A stretch of DNA of 64,000 nt from an uncultured Bifidobacterium sp. (GCA_964386715.1 CAYLTD010000008.1:57123-121122), one strand, 5' to 3'; shown: positions 17,346 through 26,617, numbered from the stretch's first letter. A program made the numbers and translations. Notes: a model not told the origin generated them from the sequence alone.

Positions 17346-17677
17346 GAGCCGGACTCCAGCAGCCGGTTCACGATCGCCACCGTTCGCGTCCACGCCGCGA
17401 TCTCGTGCGAGAGCTGGCGACGACCGGACCTCGTGATCGCGTAGAACCGTGCACGCCGGTTGTTGTCGCTGAGCCCCCAGTCGCCGGCGATCCAGCCCTT
17501 CTGCTCGAGGCGGACCAGCGCGGGATAGATCGTCCCCTGGTTGAGCGCCAGCGAACCTTCGGCAATCTGCTCGATTCGGCGGGCGATACCGTAGCCGTGC
17601 AGCGGCCCGAGGCCATCCAGCGTCTTCAGCACCATCAGGTCCAGCGTCCCGTAGTGCACGTCGGCGTTTTCGCCCAT
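17342..17677 (-). CDS. PadR family transcriptional regulator
   Basis: 111 aa with GTLDLMVLKTL, HGYGIARRIE and LYPALVRLEQKGWI. AAGAGGA RBS. Confidence 0.9.
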   Translation of the reverse strand: MGENADVHYGTLDLMVLKTLDGLGPLHGYGIARRIEQIAEGSLALNQGTIYPALVRLEQKGWIAGDWGLSDNNRRARFYAITRSGRRQLSHEIAAWTRTVAIVNRLLESGS

Positions 17678-17688
17678 CGCGTCCTCTT

Positions 17689-17738
17689 CTGTTGAAAGCC
17701 TACACGAGCATCCGCGATCTCGTGTTGCCAGTCAACAG
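17689..17738. promoter_or_regulatory. composite palindrome, candidate PadR operator (or terminator of the upstream permease gene)
   Basis: CTGTTGA-N6-ACACGAG-N10-CTCGTGT-N6-TCAACAG. The outer and inner inverted repeats share one symmetry centre. Lies 12-61 nt upstream of the padR ATG. Confidence 0.45.
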
Positions 17739-17779
17739 GGAACATCGACAGGGCGGAGGCGGGTGGCCCCGCAGCAGCG

Positions 17780-20416
17780 CTACGCGCGCAGCACGCGCGC
17801 CGGATCGGCATGCGCCGCGCGTCGGGCCGGGACCAGCGCCGCTGCGACCGCCAGCAGCAGGAACAGGCTGGCGACACCGGCGAGCGTCAGCGGATCGAAC
17901 GGCTGCACACCGAACAACTGCCCGCGCAGGAGCGGCATCGTCAGCCACGCCAGCGCAAGGCCGGCTCCGAGGCCCGCCGATGTCGCCCACGCCGCCTGGG
18001 ACACGACCAGGCGCCACACCTGCCGGGGCGCCGCGCCGAGCGCGAGGCGCACGCTCATCTCGGGCATACGCTCGTTCACCGCAACGGCGACGACACCGTC
18101 GATGCCGATTGCGGCCAGCACGAGCGCGATCGCACCGAAGGCGGCGACCAGCCAGAGGATGAAGCGGCGCTCGGCCACCGAGGCGGCGCGCACATCACTC
18201 ATGGTCCGCATGTCGTACAGCGGCAGGTCGGGATCCATGCGTTGCGCCTCCGCCCGAAGGACGGCCGCCAGCCGTGCAGGATCGCCGTCGGTGCGGACCA
18301 CGATGAAGGGCGAGACCGGCGGGTTCTGCAGGTAGGTGATGTACATCTCCGCCGCCGGATCCTGCTCGAGGCCCGAGTGGCGCACGTCTCCGACGACCCC
18401 TACGATCTCCATCCAGGAGCCGGATGGGTCCTGCCGCACACGCTGCCCGAGTGGGTTCGCCGCGGGAAAGAGGCGTCGGGCCATGGTCTCGTTGATGACC
18501 ACCACCGGCGGAGCCGCCGGGCCGTCGTCGCTCGTGAACCCGCGGCCTCTCCGCACGGGGATCTGCATCGTCTCGAAGTAGCGGTGCAGCGCGCGCCTGA
18601 ACTCGACCTCGGGTCGCTGAGCGGCCGTCGCGGGGCGTCCCTGAATCTCGATCGTGGTCGTGACCGAGGTGCTGCCCAGCGGCAGCCGCGTGGTGCCGCC
18701 AACCGACTGCACACCGGGCAGGTGCTCGATCCGCTCGAACAGCTCGGCGTAGAACGCCCGCCGCTGGTCGGCCGTCCGCAGGCGATCCGGCAGGTTCATC
18801 TGCCAGGTGAGCAGGTGATCCGGCGCGAAGCCGGCGTCGACGCGCATCACCGATACGAAACTGCGCAGGAGCAGTGCGGCCGCGATGGTGAGGACACACG
18901 CCACGGCCACCTGGCCAATCATCAGCGCCGTCCGATAGCGGCGCTGGCGCCTGCTGCCGGTGGAGCCCCGTCCCTGCTCGCGGAGCGCGATCTGGGGATC
19001 CGTCCCGGCCGCACCAACGGCCGGAAGCAGGCCGATCACGAGACCGGCACCAGCCGCGGAGAGAAAGGTCACGAGCACGACGCGCCAGTCGGGTGCGATG
19101 TCCGACAGGCGCGGCAGGTTCTCGGGCGCCATGGCTGTGAGCAGCCTGATTCCGGGCAGGCTGATGCCGAGTCCGAGGAGTCCGGCGGTGCCCGTGAGCA
19201 GCAGGCTCTCGACGACCGACTGCTGCGCCATGCGGCCGCGGCCCGCACCAAGCGCCACGCGCGTCGCGTACTCGCCCCGGCGCTCCAGGCTGCGCGAGAG
19301 CATCAGGTTGGCGACGTTGACGGTTGCCATCAGCAGCACGAGGGCGACCCCGACGATGAGCATCAGCAGCGCCGGACGAACGTGTCCAACAGTCTGGTCG
19401 AGCGCCGACGTGACGCTCGTCGTCCAGCCCTCGTTGGTGCCGGGATACTCGCGCGCCAGATCGCGCGCGATCGACGCCAGGTCGTCGCGCGCCTGGTCGA
19501 TCGACGTGCCGGGGCGCAGTCGCCCGATGGCACCGAGGAAGCGGGCGCCGCGCATCGGCGCGCCATTGCTCCCGAGCGTGCGCTGCTCGGCCGCCATCGG
19601 GCCGGTGAACTCCATCGACGTCCAGAGATCGACTCCTGTGACACGCGTGAAGCCCGACGGTCCGAGCATGCCTGGATACGGGAACACCACGTCGCGGGGC
19701 ATGACCCCGACGATCGTGGCAGGCTGGCTGCCGATCCGGATGCTGCGGCCGATGATCGACGGTTGGGCCGCAAAGCGGCGCCTCCAGTAGGCGTCGCTCA
19801 GGACGACCTCCGGAGTCGTTCGCCGGTCGCTGAAGGTCCGGCCGAGCGCGGCTGCACGCCCGAGCGTCTCGAACAGTCCACCCGTGACGACCTGTGCGTA
19901 CGCGACCTCGGTTCGATCGGTGTACGCCACCTCGAGCGGCGAGACGAAGGCAAAGTAGCCCTCGAGCCGGCTCAGGGTCCGCGTCCGTTCCGCAAAATCC
20001 CTGAAGTCGGCCGGTGAGACGGTGTTCTCACGATTCAGATCCCGCGGCGCGCGATTCCAGACCATCACCAGTCGATCGGGATCGGCGTAGGGCAGCGGCT
20101 TGATCAGGATGCCGTTGACGACGGCGAAGATGGTGCTGCTGGCGCCGATGCCGATCGTGAGCGCCAGCAGCGTGGTCAGGGTGAGCCCCGGCGTCCGCCT
20201 GGCGAGGCGGGCGGCGAAGCGCACGTCGTCACGCAGATCGTCCCAGAGCCGCCAGCGCCGGACGGTGTGGCACTCCTCGTGGGCCTGCGCGACACCACCG
20301 AACTCGAGATGGGCCTGCCGACGCGCCTCGGCGGGCGGCACGCCGGCGGCAACGAGGTCGGCAGTCCGCTGTTCAAGATGGAACTCGAGCTCCCGGCGCA
20401 GATCGTTGTCGCTCAT
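17780..20416 (-). CDS. ADOP-type duplicated FtsX/MacB-like permease
   Basis: 878 aa. N-terminal LRRELEFHLEQRTADLVAAG helix and duplicated FtsX architecture. Downstream of the MFP and ATPase genes. Confidence 0.9.
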   Translation of the reverse strand: MSDNDLRRELEFHLEQRTADLVAAGVPPAEARRQAHLEFGGVAQAHEECHTVRRWRLWDDLRDDVRFAARLARRTPGLTLTTLLALTIGIGASSTIFAVVNGILIKPLPYADPDRLVMVWNRAPRDLNRENTVSPADFRDFAERTRTLSRLEGYFAFVSPLEVAYTDRTEVAYAQVVTGGLFETLGRAAALGRTFSDRRTTPEVVLSDAYWRRRFAAQPSIIGRSIRIGSQPATIVGVMPRDVVFPYPGMLGPSGFTRVTGVDLWTSMEFTGPMAAEQRTLGSNGAPMRGARFLGAIGRLRPGTSIDQARDDLASIARDLAREYPGTNEGWTTSVTSALDQTVGHVRPALLMLIVGVALVLLMATVNVANLMLSRSLERRGEYATRVALGAGRGRMAQQSVVESLLLTGTAGLLGLGISLPGIRLLTAMAPENLPRLSDIAPDWRVVLVTFLSAAGAGLVIGLLPAVGAAGTDPQIALREQGRGSTGSRRQRRYRTALMIGQVAVACVLTIAAALLLRSFVSVMRVDAGFAPDHLLTWQMNLPDRLRTADQRRAFYAELFERIEHLPGVQSVGGTTRLPLGSTSVTTTIEIQGRPATAAQRPEVEFRRALHRYFETMQIPVRRGRGFTSDDGPAAPPVVVINETMARRLFPAANPLGQRVRQDPSGSWMEIVGVVGDVRHSGLEQDPAAEMYITYLQNPPVSPFIVVRTDGDPARLAAVLRAEAQRMDPDLPLYDMRTMSDVRAASVAERRFILWLVAAFGAIALVLAAIGIDGVVAVAVNERMPEMSVRLALGAAPRQVWRLVVSQAAWATSAGLGAGLALAWLTMPLLRGQLFGVQPFDPLTLAGVASLFLLLAVAAALVPARRAAHADPARVLRA

Positions 20417-20525
20417 GATCGTAGACAGAGTGGAAACCCGCCCGTACGCCCGTGATGAAGTAGGTCAGGCGCACGAGTTCGGAAGCGCTGTGGGTCGGCG
20501 CCAGGCTGGCGCAGGATGCGGCCGG

Positions 20526-21245
20526 CTACGCCGGCGCGCTGAAACTGGCTCCCGGCGGGGGATCCACCGTCGGTTCGTCGACCAGCTGCCCGTCGAACAG
20601 GTAGATGTGCCGCCCGGCATGGCGTGCGTAACGCGGGTCGTGCGTCACGATGCAGATCGTGGCACCGACCTCGTGCAGTGCCGCGAGCAGCTCCATCACC
20701 GCCTCCCCGCTGCGCGAGTCGAGGTTGCCGGTCGGCTCGTCGGCCAGCAGGATGAGCGGCTCGCCGGCCACGGCGCGCGCAACCGCGACACGCTGCTGCT
20801 GCCCCCCCGACAACTGGCTCGGGAGATGCCTGGCGCGGTGAGCCATCCCGACCTGCTCCAGGGCCTCCTGCGTACGGCGGCGGCGCTCCGCCACGCTGAT
20901 GCCGCGGTAGGTCAGCGGCAGTTCGACGTTCTCGAAGACGGTGAGATCGCCGATCAGATTGAAGCTCTGGAAAATGAAGCCGATCTCCCGGTTGCGGATG
21001 CGCGCCCGCTCGCCCGCCGGCAGTGCGGCGACGTGCCGCCCGTTGAGCAGGTACTCCCCGCTCGTGGGGGTGTCGAGCAGGCCCAGGATCGAGAGCAGCG
21101 TGGACTTGCCGCACCCCGACGGACCGGCAATCGACACGTATTCGCCACGCCCGATGGTGAGCGACACGTCGGCCAGCGCGTGCGTCTCGACATCGTCCGC
21201 GACGAAGACCTTGGTGATGCCGTGCAGCGCAATCAGGGGATCCAT
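20526..21245 (-). CDS. ABC transporter ATP-binding protein (MacB/LolD-type)
   Basis: Start at ATG 21245 (MDPLIALHG); the track ORF extends spuriously to 22457. Walker A GPSGCGKST, signature LSGGQQQR, Walker B LILLADEPT. Confidence 0.9.
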   Translation of the reverse strand: MDPLIALHGITKVFVADDVETHALADVSLTIGRGEYVSIAGPSGCGKSTLLSILGLLDTPTSGEYLLNGRHVAALPAGERARIRNREIGFIFQSFNLIGDLTVFENVELPLTYRGISVAERRRRTQEALEQVGMAHRARHLPSQLSGGQQQRVAVARAVAGEPLILLADEPTGNLDSRSGEAVMELLAALHEVGATICIVTHDPRYARHAGRHIYLFDGQLVDEPTVDPPPGASFSAPA

Positions 21246-21265
21246 GCGGTACCTCGTTTGGTGAG

Positions 21266-22519
21266 CTACTTGAGACGGATGCGATCCACCCCGTCCCACG
21301 CCGACATGTCGGACAGGATCACGCGGTCGCCTTCGGCGAGGCCTTCGAGAACTTCCAGCGAGCTGACGGAGCTGCGGCCCAGCATCACGGACACGCGGCT
21401 GGCGTGCGTACCGTCGGGCTCCAGCCTGAAGAGCGACACATGGCTCTGTTCCTGGCCGAACGCGGGACGGCCGACGTAGAGCACCCGGTCGAGGCGCTCG
21501 AGCTCGATCGTGCCGTCGACGCTCAGGTCGGGGACGGCACCCTTCGGCAACGGCCCGTCGAGGCTCACATCCACCGTGCGGGTTCCGCCCTGCACGGAGG
21601 GATCGATCCGGATCACGCGTCCGGGCACGATGCCGTTGTGCGTATCGATGCTCGCCGGCTGTCCGAGCACGATGTCCTTCGCCTGGGTCTCGGCGATGCG
21701 GATTTCGGCCTTGAGTCGGCCGGGATTGGCCACGCGGGCGAGGCTGGTGCCTGGCGCCACCTGCTGTCCGACGTCGACGGCCACCGTCTGCAGGACACCG
21801 GCTATGCCGGCTCGAACCTTCAGGTCGCCGAGCTGCCGCAGTTTCAGGTCGGCGATGGCGCGCGCCTGGTCGACCGCCGACTGCTGGACCGCAATCTGGG
21901 CGATACCCGCGTCGGCACGGGTTGCGAGCTGCTCGTCGGCCAGCCTGCGTCGTACGGCCAGCTGGTCGGCATCGAGCTGCGACTGCTGCCGCACCAGCTC
22001 GCTCACCAGCCGGCGGGCCGCGAGCGCCTCGTTCATGTCGGCCTGCATGCGCGCCTTCCGGTATTCCGCGTCGATGGCCGCCATGGCCGACCGCTGCTCG
22101 AGCGTGTCGGTCTGCACCTGGATGCGCAGGCTGGCGAGCGCCGCTTCCGCCGCCTGCATCTTCAGCTTCGCCTCCTGGGCTTCCTGTTCGAGCTGCGGAT
22201 TGGAGAGCTCGATCAGCACCGTGTCGGGCGTGACCGCCGTGCCGGGACGGACGGCCATGCGCTCGACGCGCCCCTGCGAGGGCGCCGAGACCCAGCGCAG
22301 TTCCTCGGGCACAAGGGTGCCCAGGCCGCGCACCTGACGCACCATGGGGCCGCGCCTCACGGTGTCGGGCCACAGCGTCGCGGCTTCGACGGTGGGCGCC
22401 GCCGGCTTCAGGCGTGCAACGCCGACCGAGGCGCCGGCAACCACCACGAGTGCGCACACGGCGTACGCGGCACGACGCATCCGAGCGGCGCGCCGGTTCC
22501 CCGGTCGGGCAACGTCCAT
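21266..22519 (-). CDS. HlyD/MacA-family periplasmic adaptor (membrane fusion protein)
   Basis: N-terminal TM anchor, long coiled-coil (LEQEAQEAKLKMQAAEAALASLR) and barrel-sandwich C-terminus. Confidence 0.85.
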   Translation of the reverse strand: MDVARPGNRRAARMRRAAYAVCALVVVAGASVGVARLKPAAPTVEAATLWPDTVRRGPMVRQVRGLGTLVPEELRWVSAPSQGRVERMAVRPGTAVTPDTVLIELSNPQLEQEAQEAKLKMQAAEAALASLRIQVQTDTLEQRSAMAAIDAEYRKARMQADMNEALAARRLVSELVRQQSQLDADQLAVRRRLADEQLATRADAGIAQIAVQQSAVDQARAIADLKLRQLGDLKVRAGIAGVLQTVAVDVGQQVAPGTSLARVANPGRLKAEIRIAETQAKDIVLGQPASIDTHNGIVPGRVIRIDPSVQGGTRTVDVSLDGPLPKGAVPDLSVDGTIELERLDRVLYVGRPAFGQEQSHVSLFRLEPDGTHASRVSVMLGRSSVSSLEVLEGLAEGDRVILSDMSAWDGVDRIRLK

Positions 22520-22525
22520 CGCGCG

Positions 22526-22861
22526 CTACTCCGCCGTGCGCAGCACCAGCCCGATGGCCGAGGCCAGCCGGTGCCAGTTGGCCCGCTCGCTTTCGAGCTG
22601 GCGCCGCCCCGCGCGGGTGAGGCTGTAGAATTTGGCCTCACGCCCGGTTTCGGTCGCCTTCCACTCCGCCTTGAGCCACCCTCGGGCTTCGAGCCGGTGC
22701 AGGGCCGGATACAGCGACCCCTGCTGGACCTGCAGCACGTCCCGCGACATCTGCTGCAGACGCTGCGCGATCGCGTAGCCGTGGAGGGGACCAAGCGAGA
22801 CGACCTGCAGGATCAGCAGGTCGAGCGTACCTTGCAGCAGATCGGATCTGGTCGGCGCCAT
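22526..22861 (-). CDS. PadR family transcriptional regulator
   Basis: Start preferred at ATG 22861 (MAPTRSDLLQGTLDLLIL). That gives 111 aa, collinear with the other PadR. HGYAIAQRLQ and LYPALHRLEARGWL. Confidence 0.85.
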   Translation of the reverse strand: MAPTRSDLLQGTLDLLILQVVSLGPLHGYAIAQRLQQMSRDVLQVQQGSLYPALHRLEARGWLKAEWKATETGREAKFYSLTRAGRRQLESERANWHRLASAIGLVLRTAE

Positions 22862-23168
22862 AAGATACCTAGACAATCGACACGTGACGCCATCATGCTG
22901 CCCGTACATATGTAGATTGTCAAGGCATGTGAACGCCCGGACCCGGGCCTGCGGCCGGGGTGCGCCCCCCCGGGGGAGGGTCTTGGTGCGCGGCGTGGCG
23001 CGGGCCCTGGGCTGACGCGCCGGGCGCCCCCGCGGGTCCCCGGTGGTTGCGGGCGTGACGCCTCAACGTCGCGAGGCGGAACGAGGTCTCAGGGGCGCGA
23101 GCGGAAAGCGGGTCTCAGCGTCCTCGCCAGGCGGGGTCGCAGCGTCGTCGCCAGGCGAGCGCGAAGTC

Positions 23169-23540
23169 TCAGCGTCCTGAGGCGAGCGAGGATGCGAGCC
23201 AGAACGCCACGAACCCGACGACCACCTGGCCGGCCAGGTTGAGGCCGGCCCACACGAACTGGCCGTGACGAACGAGCACGACGCTCTCGTTCATGTAGGA
23301 GGAGAAGGTCGTGAAACCCCCGAGCACGCCGGCCATCAGGAACGCCCGCATCTCCGGCGTCAGCGGAATGCGACCATCGGCCGCACCCGCCACAGCCCCG
23401 AACACCATGCAGCCGACAACGTTGACGACGAACGTGCCTGCGGGGAACAGCGTGCCGAGCAGGCGCAGGACCGCGGACGACAGCAGGTACCGGCACACCG
23501 ATCCGACGGCGCCGCCAATCGCAATGAGCAGGATATTCAC
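23169..23540 (-). CDS. crcB: fluoride ion channel CrcB/FluC
   Basis: Start preferred at GTG 23540 (VNILLIAIGGAVGSVCRY), giving 123 aa. GGFTTFSS motif. Confidence 0.85.
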   Translation of the reverse strand: MNILLIAIGGAVGSVCRYLLSSAVLRLLGTLFPAGTFVVNVVGCMVFGAVAGAADGRIPLTPEMRAFLMAGVLGGFTTFSSYMNESVVLVRHGQFVWAGLNLAGQVVVGFVAFWLASSLASGR

Positions 23541-23565
23541 GTAAGATGAGGTTTGGCCCGCAATT

Positions 23566-24252
23566 ATGCCAGTTCTCGAGTTCCTCACGAGCTCCGGCTT
23601 CGGTTCGCTGCTGGGCATGCGCCATGCCCTCGAGCCGGATCACCTCGCCGCCGTCTCGACCCTGGTGAGTCGCGAGCGCAGCGGCGCCAAGGCCGCGCTG
23701 CTCGGCGTCTGCTGGGGGCTCGGCCACACGGTGGGCCTGATCGTCGTCGGAGCAGTGCTGGTCGTGCTGCGCACTGAACTGCCGCCGGCCATTGCCAGCC
23801 TGTTCGAGCTGCTGGTCGCGGTGATGCTGGTGACGCTCGGCACCCGCGCGGTCATCCAGGCGATCCGCCAGGGTCGTCCATCGCACCAGCACGCGCACAC
23901 CTTCGCGATGCACGAGCACTCGGGGCTCCCGGCGCACGTCCACATCGGCACGTGGACGCTCGCGCGGCGGCCGCTCCTCGTGGGCGCCGTACACGGCCTG
24001 GCCGGTAGCGGCGCGCTGACGGCCCTTGTGCTGACCACGCTGCCGTCCACGGCAGCGCGACTCAGCTACATGGCGCTGTTCGGGCTCGGCTCCACGATTG
24101 GAATGGCCATCCTCTCGGGGCTCCTCGGCTGGCCGCTCGCCCGTCTTGGCGCACACCAGGCCGTCACCCGCGTCGTCACCTTCGTCGTCGGTGCGATGTC
24201 GGTAGCGCTCGGCGTCGCGTGGGGCTATCCGCTCATCGGCCAGATCTTCTGA
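23566..24252 (+). CDS. short NiCoT-like (HoxN/NixA-type) metal transporter
   Basis: GMRHALEPDHLAAV matches the HX4DH NiCoT signature. WGLGHTVG. His-rich loop SHQHAHTFAMHEHSGLPAHVH. About 6 TM segments. Confidence 0.65.
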   Translation: MPVLEFLTSSGFGSLLGMRHALEPDHLAAVSTLVSRERSGAKAALLGVCWGLGHTVGLIVVGAVLVVLRTELPPAIASLFELLVAVMLVTLGTRAVIQAIRQGRPSHQHAHTFAMHEHSGLPAHVHIGTWTLARRPLLVGAVHGLAGSGALTALVLTTLPSTAARLSYMALFGLGSTIGMAILSGLLGWPLARLGAHQAVTRVVTFVVGAMSVALGVAWGYPLIGQIF

Positions 24253-24276
24253 GCAGCGCGAGTTCGCCCGCGACGC

Positions 24277-24855
24277 CTACCGTCCCGCCCGTTTTACGGC
24301 CAGCGTCCAGACCACGGGCGCTGAACTGGGCGGGTAACACAGCCTGTCGTCACACGCCTGATAGTTCACGACACCCGCGAGGGTCACCACCTGGCCCGGC
24401 TGCGCCGCGGCGCTGATGGTGATGGGTACGGAAATGCGGAAGGGTTGTGCGTACGCCGGAACATTGCCCGTGGATCCCTGCGCAGTCGCGACGTCCGGCT
24501 TGGTGTACGAAGGGCGGCCTGGGCTCGCCAGTGGATTCGGCGTGATCACGAGGGTGACCGGCTTGAAGTCCGTCGCGCCTGCCGCATACACGTGGATGGA
24601 CGGCTTCGGAGTCACGTCGGCATGAAGCGTGGTCGAGCGGCCCGGCGCAACCGTCGACGTGGCTGCCGAGGGGACGACGGTGACATGCTGCAGCGTGGAT
24701 GGTGCGGGCGCGAGTTGCGTGGACGGGGCAGACGCACGTTGCACCGATGGTGCGGGAGCAAGCTGCGCGGATGCGGCGGGCGCGAGTGCCCCGGCGAGCC
24801 CGGCACCCGCCGCCGTCAGCACCAGCACCTGTTGCAGGAGCGCAGGGACGCGCAT
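24277..24855 (-). CDS. secreted protein with DsbD-N-terminal-like (DsbC_N) domain
   Basis: Signal peptide. Low-complexity repeats AQLAPAPS/TQLAPAPS. C-terminal YQACDDRLCYPP resembles the DsbD alpha-domain motif. Confidence 0.6.
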   Translation of the reverse strand: MRVPALLQQVLVLTAAGAGLAGALAPAASAQLAPAPSVQRASAPSTQLAPAPSTLQHVTVVPSAATSTVAPGRSTTLHADVTPKPSIHVYAAGATDFKPVTLVITPNPLASPGRPSYTKPDVATAQGSTGNVPAYAQPFRISVPITISAAAQPGQVVTLAGVVNYQACDDRLCYPPSSAPVVWTLAVKRAGR

Positions 24856-25017
24856 GGGGGGATTGTACTCGGGAGTCCTCGGTCCTCGGTCCTCGGTCCG
24901 CAGTCGACGTCGGTCGACTGAGGAACGGAGACCGGGCGAGCGCGTACCCTGGGCAACTCACCTCGCCGGACGAGGGTTGTTGGTCCGCTGAGGACCTGGA
25001 ACTGGGCAGTTGGAACT

Positions 25018-25049
25018 GCGGACTGCGGACGCCATCCTCCGCAGTCCGC
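25018..25049. terminator. perfect 12-bp hairpin downstream of CDS 25056..25592
   Basis: GCGGACTGCGGA (25018..25029) pairs with TCCGCAGTCCGC (25038..25049). 8-nt loop, no U-tract. Confidence 0.5.
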
Positions 25050-25055
25050 GTGCGC

Positions 25056-25592
25056 CTACTTCGTGGTCTCGTAGATGGTGCTCGCCCCTCCGCCGATGGC
25101 CGCGCCGATGAGGGCCCCCTTCTTGCCGCCGACGATGCCGCCGAGGCCGGCGCCCGCGGCGGTGGACCCGCCCACGATCAGGGCCGTCTTCTTCCAGTCG
25201 CGCCGACGCTCGCGCTCGAGTCGGCGAGGCGCCACCCGGCGCGGCGACGGGTCGGCCGCCGCCTGCTGCACGGTGCGGACGGGTCGAACGTCGGGCGCCT
25301 GCATCACCACCGGCGCGGCGGGCACGTATCCAAGGGGCGCGTATCCCGCGGGCACATACCCCTGCGGCGCGTATCCCGCCGGCCCATAGCCGATTGGCGC
25401 CGTCGGTGCCGCAGGCGGCCCCTGCGGCACGAGGACGTTCGACATCGGCACCGCCATCGGCTGGCTCATCGGCGCCGCATGCATGGCGGGCTCAGCGCCG
25501 ATCGCCGACGCACCCGACCCGAGCAGGCCGTACGCCACCAGCAGCACCCCCACCGCAATGACCGTCAACACGCCCGCGAGATACCTGGTCAT
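25056..25592 (-). CDS. membrane-anchored protein with G-Y-x-P repeats and C-terminal glycine zipper
   Basis: Start at ATG 25592 with GGGAGG RBS. N-terminal TM segment. Repeats GYGPAGYAPQGYVPAGYAPLGYVPA. Glycine-zipper-like GGSTAAGAGLGGIVGGKKGALIGAAIGGGA. Confidence 0.6.
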   Translation of the reverse strand: MTRYLAGVLTVIAVGVLLVAYGLLGSGASAIGAEPAMHAAPMSQPMAVPMSNVLVPQGPPAAPTAPIGYGPAGYAPQGYVPAGYAPLGYVPAAPVVMQAPDVRPVRTVQQAAADPSPRRVAPRRLERERRRDWKKTALIVGGSTAAGAGLGGIVGGKKGALIGAAIGGGASTIYETTK

Positions 25593-25921
25593 CTTCGACG
25601 CCTCCCTCGCGCACCCTGCGCGATGCGTCTCTCGAAGACCAAGCCGGATGCCATGCGAATGCCGCGTAATCTCGGGCTGTTTTGCAGCAGAGCTGTCCTC
25701 CCGGCAGCACATGGCCCGCGAGCGGGTCCTGGCGCAGAGGACGCGCCGCCCGCTGACCGGCTCCAGAGCGACGCGAGCGCCTCGTCGCGGATGCGCCGCC
25801 GGCGCGAGCCACGTCATCCCCCGGACGTCGCGTCACGGGCCGGACGTGCACCGGCCCTGCCCTGGTCGGCCCAGCCTTCCTCGCCGATCGGGTACCATCG
25901 GGGCACGCACGCGCGCCCGTC

Positions 25922-26617
25922 ATGACCCGCATCCTCGTCGTCGAAGACGATCCGGACATCGCCGACCTCATGCGCCGCTACCTGCAGAAGGCGGGATTCG
26001 AGGTGGAGGTGCGCGGCTCGGGCCGTGAAGCGCTCGGCGCCATCGCCGCCGCCCCGCCCGACCTTCTCGTGCTCGACCTGATGCTGCCGCAGGTGAGCGG
26101 CCTGGATATCTGCCGAAGCGTACGATCCACCCCGCGCACGGCGGACGTCCCCATCATCATGGTTACCGCGCGCGCCGAGGCCTCGGAGCGGATCGCCGGG
26201 CTGGAGACCGGCGCCGACGATTACATCGGCAAGCCGTTCAGCCCCGCCGAACTGGTGGCACGGGTGAAGGCACTGCTGCGACGGACGGCCCGCTCGACAC
26301 CGCCGCCCGATGCCATCGAGTACGGCCCGATCACGGTGGACACGACGCAGCACACCGTCACGAGCGGCGGGAGCCCGGTGTTGCTGACGGCCAAGGAGTT
26401 CCTGCTGCTGCAATACCTCCTGCGCAACCGGGGACGGGTCCTGTCGCGCGACCTGCTGCTCACGGACGTGTGGGGATACAAGTACACGGGCGGCACGCGC
26501 ACGGTGGACGTCCACGTGCGCCGGCTGCGCGAGAAGCTGCCACTCCTCGGTGAGGCGCTGGTCACCGTGAAGCAGTTCGGCTACAAGCTGCTCGAGGCGC
26601 CCCCCTCCCCTGCCTGA
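25922..26617 (+). CDS. phoB: OmpR/PhoB-family response regulator, PhoB-like
   Basis: Receiver domain plus winged helix. [29 protein letters not shown] is very close to the E. coli PhoB segment as I recall it. TGATG overlap with the kinase gene. Confidence 0.8.
   Translation: MTRILVVEDDPDIADLMRRYLQKAGFEVEVRGSGREALGAIAAAPPDLLVLDLMLPQVSGLDICRSVRSTPRTADVPIIMVTARAEASERIAGLETGADDYIGKPFSPAELVARVKALLRRTARSTPPPDAIEYGPITVDTTQHTVTSGGSPVLLTAKEFLLLQYLLRNRGRVLSRDLLLTDVWGYKYTGGTRTVDVHVRRLREKLPLLGEALVTVKQFGYKLLEAPPSPA

Noticed and set aside
21246-22457. N-terminal 400-aa extension of the ABC ATPase ORF (track ORF 20526..22457)
   Set aside because: The extension overlaps the MFP gene in another frame and is Arg/Gly/Pro-rich. 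The ATPase begins cleanly at MDPLIALHG (ATG 21245), 20 nt after the MFP stop.
23541-23640. Fluoride riboswitch upstream of crcB
   Set aside because: There is only a partial resemblance (GGGCCAAACC). The conserved 3' half is missing, and the space is occupied by the divergent transporter gene.
25648-25663. ATGCC-N6-ATGCC upstream of phoB, echoing the ATGCC-N6-ATGCC inside the pstS array
   Set aside because: It lies about 260 nt upstream of the phoB ATG and only 56 nt from the divergent gene. A single 5-mer pair found after a directed search is weak evidence.
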